DNA of 64,000 nucleotides from Polaromonas sp. (GTDB taxonomy: Bacteria; Pseudomonadota; Gammaproteobacteria; Burkholderiales; Burkholderiaceae_C), in assembly GCF_013817205.1 (NCBI RefSeq), contig NZ_JACDDD010000006.1, positions 14,282-78,281 of the forward strand, read 5' to 3'. Both the position numbers and the translations under genes were made by a program. A model generated the notes under the pieces. The model did no database searches and had not been told where the DNA came from. It worked only from the letters and a program-made list of their open reading frames with translations. This document shows, piece by piece, positions 46,071 through 56,462 of this stretch. The number at the start of each line of letters is the position of its first letter. The stretch's first letter is position 1.

Positions 46071-46902
46071 TGTTGTCAACTTGCTGCTGGCAGCGCTGCC
46101 AGGCGCCGCCGCACCGCGCGAGGTGTTCTTTGACAGCCTGGATGGCACCGTGATCAAGGCTTGGGTGTTCCAGCCCGAGGACAAGCTCGTAAAAGGCACC
46201 GTCAAAGGCACTGTGATTGCGCTGCACGGATGCGGCGGTCTCTACGCCAACGGTGGCCGCAACAAGGGCCAGTTCAATGCGCGACATCAGGCCATGGCCG
46301 ATCTGCTGGTTGCTGAGGGTTACACCGCCGTGTTTCCCGACAGCTTTACGCCGCGCGGCGAGTCCTCGATATGTGTCCAGAAAATCGGCACGCGCAAGAT
46401 TGACCAGAGTGAGCGCCGGGCCGACACCCTGGCCACGCTCGACTGGGTTGCCGCCCAGCCATGGGGGCAGGCCAAATACACGGCCTTGCTGGGCTGGTCT
46501 CACGGCGGCAGCGCCGTGCTGGCCGCCACCGACATGGCACGCGCCGATGTCAGTCGCCGCCCAGTGCAGCCCGCTGTTGGCATTGCGTTTTATCCCGGCT
46601 GCAGCGCAGCGCTGAAATCAGGCTACCGCGTGGGCGCGCCCTTGGTGATGATGCTGGCCGAAAAAGACGACTGGACGCCACCTGCGCCCTGCATCGAGCT
46701 GGGCAAGGCGGTTGGCGCTGAGGTTAACGTCTACCCCGACAGCTATCACGACTTTGACTCGCCCACAGGCCGCGTGCAATTGCGCAAGGACGTGCCCAAT
46801 GGCGTCAATCCGGGGCAGGGCGTTCACGCTGGCCCCAACCCGGCAGCGCGCGAGGCGGCTTATACACGCCTGCGCGAGGTTCTGCAAAAAAACCTGCAGT
46901 AA
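46045..46902 (+). CDS. Dienelactone hydrolase family protein, probably exported
   Basis: ALHGCGG, GWSHGG, FYPGC, EKDDWT, YHDFD; signal peptide. Confidence 0.88.
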   Translation: MNTGLKAIFVVNLLLAALPGAAAPREVFFDSLDGTVIKAWVFQPEDKLVKGTVKGTVIALHGCGGLYANGGRNKGQFNARHQAMADLLVAEGYTAVFPDSFTPRGESSICVQKIGTRKIDQSERRADTLATLDWVAAQPWGQAKYTALLGWSHGGSAVLAATDMARADVSRRPVQPAVGIAFYPGCSAALKSGYRVGAPLVMMLAEKDDWTPPAPCIELGKAVGAEVNVYPDSYHDFDSPTGRVQLRKDVPNGVNPGQGVHAGPNPAAREAAYTRLREVLQKNLQ

Positions 46903-46905
46903 GGA

Positions 46906-47409
46906 TCAGGCTACGGCCAACTCCTGCAACTCATGCAGTTGCTGCAAACTGGCAAGAGTTCGCACGCAGGCTTGTGCCACTTCCTTTCCCTTGACCAGAA
47001 AGTGCTCTGTGAAGAAGCGACGATGCTCTTCATGCTCGTGAAAATGCTGGGGTGTCAGCACCGCTGAAAACACCGGAACGCCGGTGTCAAGCTGCACCCG
47101 CATCAGGCCGCTGATGACCGCATCGGCCACAAACTCGTGGCGGTAGATGCCGCCGTCCACCACGAGCCCGCAGGCAACGATGGCTGCATACCGGCCAGAG
47201 CGTGCAAGCTGCTGCGCATGCAGCGGGATTTCAAACGCGCCTGGCACTTCAATGAGGTCAATGTTTTCAGGTGCTACACCTTGCACGCCCATCTCGGCCA
47301 CAAAGGCGTCGCGCCCCTTGTTGACAATGTCGGCATGCCAGCTGGCCTGAACAAAGCAGAATTTGGCGGGTTGCTGGGGCAACAAGGTTGAGGGGTGTCG
47401 ATGACTCAT
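46906..47409 (-). CDS. ribH: Lumazine synthase, RibH2-like
   Basis: SWHADIV, VPGAFEIP, GGIYRHEFVA, KGKEVA. Confidence 0.93.
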   Translation of the reverse strand: MSHRHPSTLLPQQPAKFCFVQASWHADIVNKGRDAFVAEMGVQGVAPENIDLIEVPGAFEIPLHAQQLARSGRYAAIVACGLVVDGGIYRHEFVADAVISGLMRVQLDTGVPVFSAVLTPQHFHEHEEHRRFFTEHFLVKGKEVAQACVRTLASLQQLHELQELAVA

Positions 47410-47512
47410 GGGCTTCTCCTGAAAACGGTTGAACGAAATTCAGGGCGCACGAGTCTGCAGCCCGCCACAAGCCGGCGCGCAAGCACCAGCCCGCAGCAGG
47501 GGCCGAAAACAC

Positions 47513-47664
47513 GCGCTCTCTTTCATCCGGACTGTGACCGTCGGCTTCGGGATTGAACCGAATCTGCTGACCCTGGCTTGCGGGAGCAAGCCAGGCGCTC
47601 GCGGGCTGATGCGTTTTGAATGCAAACACCGCCGGTGGGGAATTTCGCCCCGCCCTGAGAACGC
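47513..47664 (-). ncRNA. FMN riboswitch
   Basis: TCTCAGGGCGGGGCGAAATTCCCCACCGGCGGT...AGCCCGCGAGCGC...GTCAGCAGA...CCGACGGTCACAGTCCGGATGAAAGAGAG. Confidence 0.97.
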
Positions 47665-47766
47665 TGTGCCGGCGTAGTGGCCGACACGCATGAAGTTTAA
47701 GCGCTGTCCGAAACCCGGAGCTGCGCCCGGGCTATTGAATGATGTCTGCCATTTGAAAGCTGTGGC

Positions 47767-47808
47767 GCCGTCCTTGCAAGGGGGAGGAGGCGAAGCCTCC
47801 ACGGGGTG
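47767..47808 (+). repeat. Possible partial relative of family B
   Basis: GCCGTCCTTGCAAGGGGGA-GGAGGC[GAA]GCCTCC-ACGGGGTG; similar G-run, GNA hairpin, GGGG order. Confidence 0.4.
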
Positions 47809-47811
47809 TGC

Positions 47812-48276
47812 TTATTCCAGTTCGGCAATCATTTCAATCTCGACGCAGGCGCCCATGGGAATCTGCGCCACGCCAAATGCAGCGCGGGCATGGGCACCCC
47901 TGGCACCAAAGACGTCGCCGAACAGGTCGCTGGCACCGTTGGTCACCAGATGGTGTTCGGTGAAGTCAGCGGTGGAGTTGACGAGGCTCACCAGTTTGAC
48001 GATGCGTTTGACCTTGCCAAGGTCGCCGACCGCCGCGTGCAGCGTGCCCATCAGATCAATCGCAACCGCGCGCGCCGCTGCCTTGCCCTCGTCGGTCGTC
48101 ATGTTTTTGCCGAGCTGGCCGACCCATGGCTTGCCGTCTTTTTTGGCAATGTGCCCGCTCAGAAACACCAGCTTGCCGGTCTGCACAAAGGGCAGGTAGG
48201 CAGCGGCCGGCACGGCCACAGGCGGCAAGGTGATGCCCATGGTCTTGAGTTTGTCGTAAATCGGGGTGGTGCTCAT
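47812..48276 (-). CDS. RidA/YjgF family protein
   Basis: AAAYLPF...VFLSGH, GAHARAAFG, VEIE. Confidence 0.9.
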   Translation of the reverse strand: MSTTPIYDKLKTMGITLPPVAVPAAAYLPFVQTGKLVFLSGHIAKKDGKPWVGQLGKNMTTDEGKAAARAVAIDLMGTLHAAVGDLGKVKRIVKLVSLVNSTADFTEHHLVTNGASDLFGDVFGARGAHARAAFGVAQIPMGACVEIEMIAELE

Positions 48277-48317
48277 GGGAGTCTCCTGGTGCGGCAACAG
48301 GGTGCCGGTTGATGAAG

Positions 48318-48371
48318 AAAAAGGCCGCCAGCCCTTGACTGGCGGGCGAAAGCAGCTATTAAAAGAGTAGC
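48318..48371 (+). repeat. Family A repeat, copy 7
   Basis: AAAAAGGC-CGCCA-GCCC-N9-GGGC-N7-GCTA-N9-TAGC. Confidence 0.85.
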
Positions 48372-48467
48372 AATGACGCGCCGGGTGATCCTGCAATTCT
48401 AGCGCGCGATGCGCTGGCGCCGGTTTTCCGCCATCCCGGCTCAACCCTGCGCTCCCTGCGCGGATCG

Positions 48468-49436
48468 TCATTCAGGACGAATACCCGCCTTGCGCACGAC
48501 AGCACCCCACTGCTCGACCTCGTTGCGCATGAACGCGCGCAATTCATCGCGGCTCGAACCTTTGAGATCAATGCCCAGCGTCGTGAGTCGATCGCGGGTA
48601 GAGGGGTGCGCAAGGGCGGCCATGGCCTCCTTGCGCAACCGCTCGATGATCTCGATCGGTGTCGTGGCAGGCGCCACCAGGGCCCACCACTGGTTGAACT
48701 GCATGCCGGCAATCCCCGCTTCTTTGGCCGTGGGCACCTCGGGCAGGCCCGGAAGGCGGGAGGCTCCAGTCACCATCAATGCGGACAGCTTGCCGGCGGA
48801 CAGCAGAGAGTTCCCGCTGGCCATGGTGGCGAAATGGCCGGTCACCGTGCCGGCCACGACATCGGTCAGGGCCGGTGCGGAGCCCCGGTAGGGGATGGGG
48901 TTGATCTTCAGCCCGGTCGCGCCGGCAAACAACTCGCTGGAGAGATGGCTGATGGAGCCATTGCCGCTGTGCGCCAGGGCGAAGGGTGCATCCGAACCTT
49001 TGCCGTTTTTCAGGAAGGCCCTGATGTCACCGTTTTTGTATTGGGAGGCGCTGACAAAGAGCACCAGCGGTGATGAACCGACCATGGAAATGGGTGAAAA
49101 ATCGCGCAGCAGGTCATAAGGCATCTTCGCGAAAACCGCAGGCGCAATCGCATGGGGCAATTCGACGATGGCGAAGGTGTAACCGTCGGGCAGGGCCTTG
49201 GCTGCCGCTTCCGTGCCTATGCGGCCGGAGGCGCCGGAGCGGTTGTCTACGACGACACTCTGGCCCATGGTTTCGCTCATGCGCTGCGCGACTGCGCGGG
49301 CTATCGCATCGGTGCTGCCGCCCGGCGCCCAGGGCACGATCAGGCGAATGGGTTTGTCCGGGTAGGCAGCGTGGGCGCCTGCACCCGACAGACCGACCAG
49401 AGCGGAGATAAGGAGGGGCAGAAGTCGGTTCATCAT
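48468..49436 (-). CDS. Bug/TctC substrate-binding protein
   Basis: YPDKPIRLIVPWAPGGSTD, HSGNGSISHL, PYRGSAPA. Confidence 0.92.
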   Translation of the reverse strand: MMNRLLPLLISALVGLSGAGAHAAYPDKPIRLIVPWAPGGSTDAIARAVAQRMSETMGQSVVVDNRSGASGRIGTEAAAKALPDGYTFAIVELPHAIAPAVFAKMPYDLLRDFSPISMVGSSPLVLFVSASQYKNGDIRAFLKNGKGSDAPFALAHSGNGSISHLSSELFAGATGLKINPIPYRGSAPALTDVVAGTVTGHFATMASGNSLLSAGKLSALMVTGASRLPGLPEVPTAKEAGIAGMQFNQWWALVAPATTPIEIIERLRKEAMAALAHPSTRDRLTTLGIDLKGSSRDELRAFMRNEVEQWGAVVRKAGIRPE

Positions 49437-49469
49437 GGGTTGATTCCTTTCGGGAGGGTACACATCGGG

Positions 49470-50684
49470 TCAGGTAAGACAGCCGGGATTGGCAAGGGGA
49501 TCAAATGGGTCGCGGTCACCTTTGGCCGTCAGCACCAACAGGGCGTGTTCCGACGGGCCGACCTGGCCCTGTTCGCGCAATTGCTGCAGAGCGCTCAGGC
49601 AAGCCCCTGCGCAGAGCTCAACCCAGAAACCATGTGCGGCAAGCCTCGCTGTGCCTTCAATCGCAGCGGCGTCATTCACGACCACGGCGCCCCCACCGGA
49701 TCGCTGGACGGCCAGTTGCTGCTGCAAAGTCACGGTGCCGCCGGCGGTGGAGAATTGCGCGGTCTGCCCGCTGAACTCTGCTTGCGCCGAGGCCCCGGTC
49801 AGAACGTGGCTCAGGCGTGCAAAGGGCTCGACTGCCCACAAGCGCGGCATGTGGCCGATCAGCCCTGCGGTTCGCAGATCACGCAGGCCGCTGTAGATGC
49901 CCCACAGCAGATCGCCGCGGGCTGTCGGCACCAGGATATGGTCGGGCAGGCAACCGGCGGCCACGATCTCCAGTGCCACGGCGCGGTAGCCTTCCACCCC
50001 GAATACCGGGCTACCCACCGCCGGAACGCTGTAGTTGGTCAGGGCAAATGCACCCTCGCTTTCCACCAGCCGGCGCACGTAGTTCCAGCGCTGCGGTCCC
50101 TGGTCGAAGCTAAGCCTTTTTGCGCCCAGTTGATGCAGCGCCCGCGCGAAGGGCGTGGGCATGTCGTGGTAGGTGGCGATCTCGCAGCGCAAGCCTGCGG
50201 CTGCGCAGTAAGCTGCGGCTGAAACTGCGGCGTTGCCACTGGACGCCAGTACAACGGTTGTGGCGCCTACTTCCAGCGCGCGGCTGACGGCTTGGGCGGA
50301 CATCCTGTCCTTGTGCGAGCCGGTCGGGTTCATGCCCTCGTGCTTGATGCTGAGTTGGCCGACGCCAAGCGCATCCGCCAGCTTGGGCAGGTCCAGGCAG
50401 GGTGTGTCACCTTCGCCAAGGGAGATGCCCTGGGTGTACGGCAGCCAGTCGCCCCACATATAACCCGATCTCGCGGGTGACAGTGTTGCTGGCAGCTCAC
50501 TATAAACCGCCTCCAGGCTTGCCGGCATCCCCTGTGCAGCGCAATGGGGGCATCCGGCCGGCCGGTCCTGCAGTGGATATTGGCGAGCGCAAGAAATGCA
50601 ACGAAGGGCGGCCAGACGGGGATTTTGCCGCACGGTTGCTTGCCGGGCCGCCGATTGTTCTGGAACGAGAGACATACGGTTCAT
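49470..50684 (-). CDS. Threonine synthase-like PLP enzyme (fold II) with N-terminal Zn-ribbon
   Basis: CISC...CPHC, SLGEGDTP, NPTGSHKDR, ASSGNA. Confidence 0.85.
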   Translation of the reverse strand: MNRMSLVPEQSAARQATVRQNPRLAALRCISCARQYPLQDRPAGCPHCAAQGMPASLEAVYSELPATLSPARSGYMWGDWLPYTQGISLGEGDTPCLDLPKLADALGVGQLSIKHEGMNPTGSHKDRMSAQAVSRALEVGATTVVLASSGNAAVSAAAYCAAAGLRCEIATYHDMPTPFARALHQLGAKRLSFDQGPQRWNYVRRLVESEGAFALTNYSVPAVGSPVFGVEGYRAVALEIVAAGCLPDHILVPTARGDLLWGIYSGLRDLRTAGLIGHMPRLWAVEPFARLSHVLTGASAQAEFSGQTAQFSTAGGTVTLQQQLAVQRSGGGAVVVNDAAAIEGTARLAAHGFWVELCAGACLSALQQLREQGQVGPSEHALLVLTAKGDRDPFDPLANPGCLT

Positions 50685-50758
50685 GCGTTGAATGTTAAAG
50701 ACCTGCGCCCTTGCCGACATACCGCCGATAATGCGATTAATTAAGTAAAACTTATAGG

Positions 50759-51691
50759 GTGACCGCCATGCTGGAAGCCAGCACACGCCAGATTGAGGTA
50801 TTCCGCATGGTTATGCGGCTGGGCAGCGCCAACCGTGCCGCTGCTGCCCTGCACGTCAGCCAGCCTGCTGTCACGCAGATACTGCAGCAACTGGAGCTGC
50901 GCTCTGAACTGAAGCTGTTTGATCGACCCAAGGGGAAGTTGATGCCAACCCCGGAGGCCCATGCGCTGATGGAAGAAGTCGAGCGCGTGTACGAGGGTCT
51001 GGAGACGGTGCAGCGGAAAATTATGGCGCTGCGCTCTCACGAGGACGCCGTGCTGCGGATTGGCTCCTTGCACGCCATGGCGGCGAGTGTCATTCCTTGG
51101 GCATTGACCGAGTTCCAGCGCAGTTACCCGCGTACACGTTGCCTGCTGTCAGTGGACAGTTCCATCGCCCTGCGGGATGCGCTGTTCCAGGGGGCGGTGG
51201 ACTTGGCCTTCCTGGGTGACGAGGCCGATACAGGGGGGCTGGTCTCTTCTGTTTTTTACGAAGTGCCTGCGGTCTGCGTGATGCCTGCCGCTCACCCGCT
51301 GGCACGTCGGCCCCAGCTTGGCGCGGCGGATTTGCGCGATATTGCGCTGGTGGGACTGGCAGCGTCTGATCCCGCGCAGCGGCGCCTGGAGGCGGCGTTT
51401 GCGCAAGCGGGCATTCAGCCGCGCTTTGTGATTGAAACGCCTTACAGCGCCACCCAATGTTCGCTGGTGCTGGCTGGCGCCGGCCTGGCTGTGACCAACC
51501 CTCTTGTTGCGCGCGAGTATGTGGCGATGGGGCTGCGTTGTGTGCACTTCGTCGCGGGTGTGAGTTTTCGGGCTTTGCTGGCGTTCAAGCCGCGCCAGGC
51601 CCAGTCAGGTGCTGCACAGGAGTTCGTTGCGCTTTGCCGCCGTTACCTTTCAAACGGCCTGCCCGCCGGCCCGGTGCCTGATACGCCTTAG
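50759..51691 (+). CDS. LysR family regulator
   Basis: RQIEVF...AAAALHVSQPAVTQ; TAAG-N5-CTTA (T-N11-A) at 50732-50744. Confidence 0.93.
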   Translation: MTAMLEASTRQIEVFRMVMRLGSANRAAAALHVSQPAVTQILQQLELRSELKLFDRPKGKLMPTPEAHALMEEVERVYEGLETVQRKIMALRSHEDAVLRIGSLHAMAASVIPWALTEFQRSYPRTRCLLSVDSSIALRDALFQGAVDLAFLGDEADTGGLVSSVFYEVPAVCVMPAAHPLARRPQLGAADLRDIALVGLAASDPAQRRLEAAFAQAGIQPRFVIETPYSATQCSLVLAGAGLAVTNPLVAREYVAMGLRCVHFVAGVSFRALLAFKPRQAQSGAAQEFVALCRRYLSNGLPAGPVPDTP

Positions 51692-52620
51692 GCCACCTCG
51701 ACGGGCGTGACGGTAACGGCCACGTCCAACACATGGCGGGCACCGCCGCGGATCACGCCGCGCATGGGCGAGACGTCGAGGAAGTCGCGGCCGGTGGCCA
51801 GGGTCACATAGTCTTCGCCGGGGGCGCGGTTGTTGGTCGGGTCGAAGTCAAGCCACACGCCGGGGTTTTGCCCGACCGCCAGCCGCATGCGGGCGGCGTC
51901 GCTGGACAGCGGGCAATAGACCGACGCCCAGGCGTGCGAGGCGTCGCTGCCGATCAGGCGTGGCTTGCCGGGCGGCGGGTTGGTCAGCATGTAGCCGCTG
52001 ACGTAGCGCGCCGGAACACCCATGGCGCGGCAGCAGGCCACCATGATGTGGGCAAAGTCCTGGCACACACCTTTGCCAGACTGCAGCGCCTCCAGCGCCG
52101 GCGTGCCGACGTCGGTGCTGTCGCTCTCGTAAGTCATGCGGGCGTGAATCCGCTCCATCAGATCCTGGGCAACCTCGGGCAAGGGGCGCCCGGGGGTAAA
52201 GCTGGGGCGTGCAAACTCTGCAAAGGCGTCGTCGCGCGGTACATAAGGCGAGGCAAACACAAACTCGCAGGCGCTGTCGTAGGCGCCGCCTGCCTGATAG
52301 CGAAACTGCTCGCGCACCTGTTCCCACGGCAGGCCCCATGACAAGTCCTTGACGGCGCTGTTGACCGCAAGGGTGGAAACCACGCTCTCGGCGGTCACAG
52401 TCAGTGTGTCGTGCGGCACGCGCAGCGAGAAAAACGTGCGGGCATTGCCATACACGTCTGTCAGTTCCCGCAATTGCGTGGGCTCAGGGCTGATGGCGAG
52501 GCTGTGTTTCAGTAGTTGCTGGCCTGCGTGGCTGGCGGGCTTGAGATGCAACACATGATGCGCGTTCTCGACCTGCGGTTTATACCGGTAGCGGGTTTCG
52601 TGAACGAGGTGAAGCAGCAT
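51688..52620 (-). CDS. Transglutaminase-like protein
   Basis: HETRYRY N-domain; triad GVCQDFAH / SHAW / DFDPT. Confidence 0.92.
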   Translation of the reverse strand: MLLHLVHETRYRYKPQVENAHHVLHLKPASHAGQQLLKHSLAISPEPTQLRELTDVYGNARTFFSLRVPHDTLTVTAESVVSTLAVNSAVKDLSWGLPWEQVREQFRYQAGGAYDSACEFVFASPYVPRDDAFAEFARPSFTPGRPLPEVAQDLMERIHARMTYESDSTDVGTPALEALQSGKGVCQDFAHIMVACCRAMGVPARYVSGYMLTNPPPGKPRLIGSDASHAWASVYCPLSSDAARMRLAVGQNPGVWLDFDPTNNRAPGEDYVTLATGRDFLDVSPMRGVIRGGARHVLDVAVTVTPVEVA

Positions 52621-52661
52621 GACAAAAAAGATCGGTCGAGGCGGGAAACTGGGAAACGGGC

Positions 52662-55442
52662 TCAGGCGCCCAGGCTGTGGTCGCTGGATGCAGCGTGGCT
52701 GAAATAGCGTCGGCTGATCGCGTCAGACAGTTCAAAAGCGGCGCTGCAGCATTGCTCCAGCTGCGCCAGCAGCCCGGCGTGGCGCTCGCTTTCCATGCCG
52801 GGAATGGCGACGCTGAGGTCGGCCAGTTGCCAGCTGCCGGGGTTGGGCAGGGCGCTTGTCATGTCGGGCACGTCCTGCACCGCGCCTGCCGTATTGCGCG
52901 ACAGCTTGCTGAGCCGCTCGCGCAGTGTCTGGGTGACCCAGCCGAGTGAACGCGGGTTGTCGCGGTCCAGCACCAGTAGATCCAGCAAGGCCGGGACTTC
53001 GCGTTGTTGCTGGTACTGCGCGTGGAAAGTGATGGTGCTGTCAAAGAACGCAATGATGGCGTCGAATCCGCCCGCGTCATGCACGGCACCGGTTTCAAAG
53101 CCCAGGATCAGCGCGGCAGCCAGCGTGTTCAGACGCTCAATGTGGCGGCCTGTGCTCAGCAGGCGCCAGCCGTCGTCGCGTGTCATGCGGTCGGTTTGCG
53201 CGCCGGTCATGGCTGCCAGGAAACTGCTGGCAGACTCCAGCGCGCGCAGAGCTTCCACGGACGAATATTCAAGCGCCTGGGTGGCCGGATGCTCCGGACC
53301 GCTGAAAGACGCGCAGTGCCGGAAAAAATCTTCATCTGCCCGCACGATCACATGCCATTGCTCTTGCGACAGGCGCTCGCGCACGGCCGAGGCGGCGCTT
53401 TTGAGGGAGCGCAGGTTGTAGCCGACGCTGGCGGCTTGCTCGGTGTCGGCCAGCGCAGAAATCAGCGACCTCTCGAACACGCGGCGCGCCTGCGTGGCCG
53501 GTGGCACGGACTCCAGCACCAGACCATTGCGCACCGCCATCTCGGACAGCCAGGCCAGCAGGGGTTGAGACGACTGCTCCTCGCCGCTGAGTGATTGCAG
53601 TGTCAATTGGGCCAGGCGAATCGAGTTTTCGGTACGTTCGGTGTATCGGCCCAGCCAGAAGAGGTTCTCTGCCGCGCGGCTGGTCACCGGCGGTTTGTGG
53701 CGCGCAATTGGGGTGCTTGGGTTTAAAACGCCGGGTCGGGTGGTGGGCTCGGTAAAAGCTTTTGTTCCGCGAGTGCTCTGTGCTGCAGCAGGCTCAACGT
53801 CCGCGGCCAGTGCCCATACGTCGGCACTGCTGCCGCCTTGCTGCATGGACGCAATCTTGTTGTTGGGGCCGGCCAGCCGCGCCAGCCCGCCCGGCAAAAC
53901 CTGCCATTCGCCCGTACCATCAGCCACCGCAAAAACGCGCAGCATGGTGGACCGCGGCGCAAGCCGCTCGCCATGCCAGGTCGGCGTTTGCGACAGGGGC
54001 AGGTAGGCCTGCACGGTGTACTCCTCGCTATGCCGCATGATGCGGCCGGCCCATTCGTCCAGCTCACGGCGGGACAACATTTGTGCAATCACCGCCTCTG
54101 TGCCGGAGCCGGGGTAGGTGCCCTTGATGACGCAGTCTTTCAGACGGGGCAAGACCTCATGCAAGGCGGCCTGCTCGCCGCACCACCAGGTGGCCAGCGA
54201 GGGCAGGGCGAGCGGCTCGTTAAGCAGATGGCGCGAAAGCGCGGGCAAAAATCCCAGTAACGCACTGGACTCCAGAAAGGCCGAGCCCGGCGCGTTGGCC
54301 ACCAGCACATGGCCTGCCCGTATCACCTGCAGCAAACCGGGTACGCCCAGGGTGGAGTCGGAACGCAGCTCCAGCGGATCCAGAAACTCATCGTCCAGGC
54401 GCTTGAGCAAGCCGTGCACGGGCTCCAGTCCCTGAAGCGTCTTGAGATACAGTCGGTCGCCGCGCACCAGCAAGTCGCTGCCTTCCACCAGGGTCAGGCC
54501 AAGGTAACGCGCCAGGTAGGCGTGTTCAAAATAGGTTTCGTTGTACGGGCCGGGTGTCAGCAGCACGATACGGCTGTCCTCGCCATCAGCGCCCGCCTGG
54601 CAGCGCGCTTTCATGCCATCTATCAGGGTTTTGTAAGAGGCTGCGAGCCGCTGCACTTTCATCTCGCGAAAGGCTTGCGGGAACAGCCGCGAGATAGCGA
54701 GCCGGTTTTCCAGCAGGTAGCCCAGGCCAGATGGTGCCTGGGTACTTTGCGAGACCACCCACCAGCGCCCGTCGGGGCCGCGCGCCAGGTCAAAAGCCGC
54801 AATGTGCAGGAAGTTGCCCTCAGCGGGTTTTATGCCGTGCATCGCGCGCAGATAGCCCGGGTGGCCTTGCACCAGCGCCGCCGGCAACAGGCCTTGCGCC
54901 AGCAATTGCTGAGGGCCGTAAACGTCGGCCATGATGTGGTCCAGCAGGCGTGCGCGCTGACGGACACCGGTTTCGATGCCGGCCCACTCCTGGGCTGAGA
55001 GGATGACCGGAAACAGGTCCAGCGACCACGGCCGCTGCGGGCCATCAGCATCGGCATACACGTTGTAGGTCACGCCGTTGTCGCGGATCTGGCGCTGCAG
55101 ATTGGCGCTGCGGTGGTTCAGGTCATCAAAACCCTTGCCGCCCAACAATTCGAAAAAGCGGTTCCAGCTGGGTGACAGTGCGGCCTGGGCATCGGTTTTC
55201 TCGGCAGTTTTAGATGGGGCGGCTTGCACCTGAGCCGGTTCCGTACCCGCCATTTGCAGCGATGTGCGCTGGGTCTGGTTTTGACTGGCGGCGGGCGTGA
55301 TCGGCCCCGTGCCGATTGCTATGGCCGTGACGCCATGCAGCTCGTTAAAGTGGCCAGGATCAGCGGGCAGCGCCAGGGCGCGCGCAAGATCAACTGAGGT
55401 CTCCAGCGCTGCTGCCGCAAAAAGTGATTTGTTATTTTCCAC
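52662..55442 (-). CDS. Circularly permuted ATP-grasp ligase fused to alpha-E domain
   Basis: NGVTYNVY, QAPSGLGYLLENR, TPGPYNETYFEH, GGLAR, QQGGSSADVW; alpha-E AENLFWLGRYTER and GRHIER. Confidence 0.92.
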   Translation of the reverse strand: MENNKSLFAAAALETSVDLARALALPADPGHFNELHGVTAIAIGTGPITPAASQNQTQRTSLQMAGTEPAQVQAAPSKTAEKTDAQAALSPSWNRFFELLGGKGFDDLNHRSANLQRQIRDNGVTYNVYADADGPQRPWSLDLFPVILSAQEWAGIETGVRQRARLLDHIMADVYGPQQLLAQGLLPAALVQGHPGYLRAMHGIKPAEGNFLHIAAFDLARGPDGRWWVVSQSTQAPSGLGYLLENRLAISRLFPQAFREMKVQRLAASYKTLIDGMKARCQAGADGEDSRIVLLTPGPYNETYFEHAYLARYLGLTLVEGSDLLVRGDRLYLKTLQGLEPVHGLLKRLDDEFLDPLELRSDSTLGVPGLLQVIRAGHVLVANAPGSAFLESSALLGFLPALSRHLLNEPLALPSLATWWCGEQAALHEVLPRLKDCVIKGTYPGSGTEAVIAQMLSRRELDEWAGRIMRHSEEYTVQAYLPLSQTPTWHGERLAPRSTMLRVFAVADGTGEWQVLPGGLARLAGPNNKIASMQQGGSSADVWALAADVEPAAAQSTRGTKAFTEPTTRPGVLNPSTPIARHKPPVTSRAAENLFWLGRYTERTENSIRLAQLTLQSLSGEEQSSQPLLAWLSEMAVRNGLVLESVPPATQARRVFERSLISALADTEQAASVGYNLRSLKSAASAVRERLSQEQWHVIVRADEDFFRHCASFSGPEHPATQALEYSSVEALRALESASSFLAAMTGAQTDRMTRDDGWRLLSTGRHIERLNTLAAALILGFETGAVHDAGGFDAIIAFFDSTITFHAQYQQQREVPALLDLLVLDRDNPRSLGWVTQTLRERLSKLSRNTAGAVQDVPDMTSALPNPGSWQLADLSVAIPGMESERHAGLLAQLEQCCSAAFELSDAISRRYFSHAASSDHSLGA

Positions 55443-55564
55443 TGCTACCTTTGAACAGGCTCCAAGTATCCTTCATGGCCGGCCCGCCCCCGGCCTTGAC
55501 AGGCAAGACTGCCCGTATTCAATCCCCGGTGTCGCTACCATAAGACAAAGAAGGTGATTGTTCG

Positions 55565-56077
55565 ATGGCCGGTGTGAGCTTTACTGCCACTATTTTTTTG
55601 CAGGGCATCAACCCCTATGTGCTGGTGAGTGCCGCCAGGGCGCGCGCCATCCGACCGGAGTGGCGTAAACCGCTGCAGGTTCTTGCTCGTGTCAACGGCA
55701 AACCTGAACAGGCCTGGCGCGTCAACATGATGCCCGTGGGGAACGGCAGTTTTTACCTCTTCCTGCACGAAACCGTTCGCACCGCCTCCGGCACCGGCGT
55801 GGGTGACCGGGTGCGTATCGAGTTGGCGTTCGACGAGGCGTACGAAGGCGGCCCGGCCCATCCTGTTCCGGTCTGGTTTGAGCAGGCACTGTCAAGCAAC
55901 GCCGCGGCAGCAGCCAACTGGGCGGCGCTCAGTCCGAGCCGAAAGAAGGAAGTTCTGCGTTATTTCGCAGGCCTGAAAACTCAGGCGGCGCGAGAACGCA
56001 ATCTTGAAAAAGCCATGCTTGTGCTCTCGGGGCAGGCCGGACGGTTCATGGCGCGCAGCTGGGCGCAGGGCCGCTGA
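55565..56077 (+). CDS. DUF1905 + YdeI/OmpD-associated domain protein
   Basis: ARVNG...MMPVGNGSFYL, GVGDRV, WAALSPSRKKE...R...LEKA. Confidence 0.8.
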   Translation: MAGVSFTATIFLQGINPYVLVSAARARAIRPEWRKPLQVLARVNGKPEQAWRVNMMPVGNGSFYLFLHETVRTASGTGVGDRVRIELAFDEAYEGGPAHPVPVWFEQALSSNAAAAANWAALSPSRKKEVLRYFAGLKTQAARERNLEKAMLVLSGQAGRFMARSWAQGR

Positions 56078-56462
56078 GGATGTCATCGACCAGCCGCTGG
56101 TCTTCGTCGCACACCCAGCACTCCCTCAGGTTGCCGTCCTGCACGCGGTAACGCAGCAGTCGTTCCACCACCACGGTTTTTCCCTGGTGCTTAAACTGTT
56201 CAACCGCGATGATCGCGCCAAAGTGCTCGCCCACCAGTACGTCGCGGATGGCAAGCAGCTTGCGACTGGTTTTGTCCCGCACCTGCCTGAGAACGGCCAG
56301 GCAAGCGGCTTTTCCGCGATGCGTGCCTGCCAGCGGGTTGCGTCCGAAGTAGTGAAAAATCACCTCGTCGTGGTAGCTGTCCACCATGGTTTGCAGATCA
56401 TTCGCTTCCCAAGCGGCGGCGTAGCGTGTGACCGCTGCGGCGATTTGTTCCGTTTCACGCAT
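56046..56462 (-). CDS. NTF2/SnoaL-like protein
   Basis: YHDEVIFH, PLAGTHRGK, YRVQDGNLRE. Confidence 0.8.
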   Translation of the reverse strand: MRETEQIAAAVTRYAAAWEANDLQTMVDSYHDEVIFHYFGRNPLAGTHRGKAACLAVLRQVRDKTSRKLLAIRDVLVGEHFGAIIAVEQFKHQGKTVVVERLLRYRVQDGNLRECWVCDEDQRLVDDILSGPAPSCAP

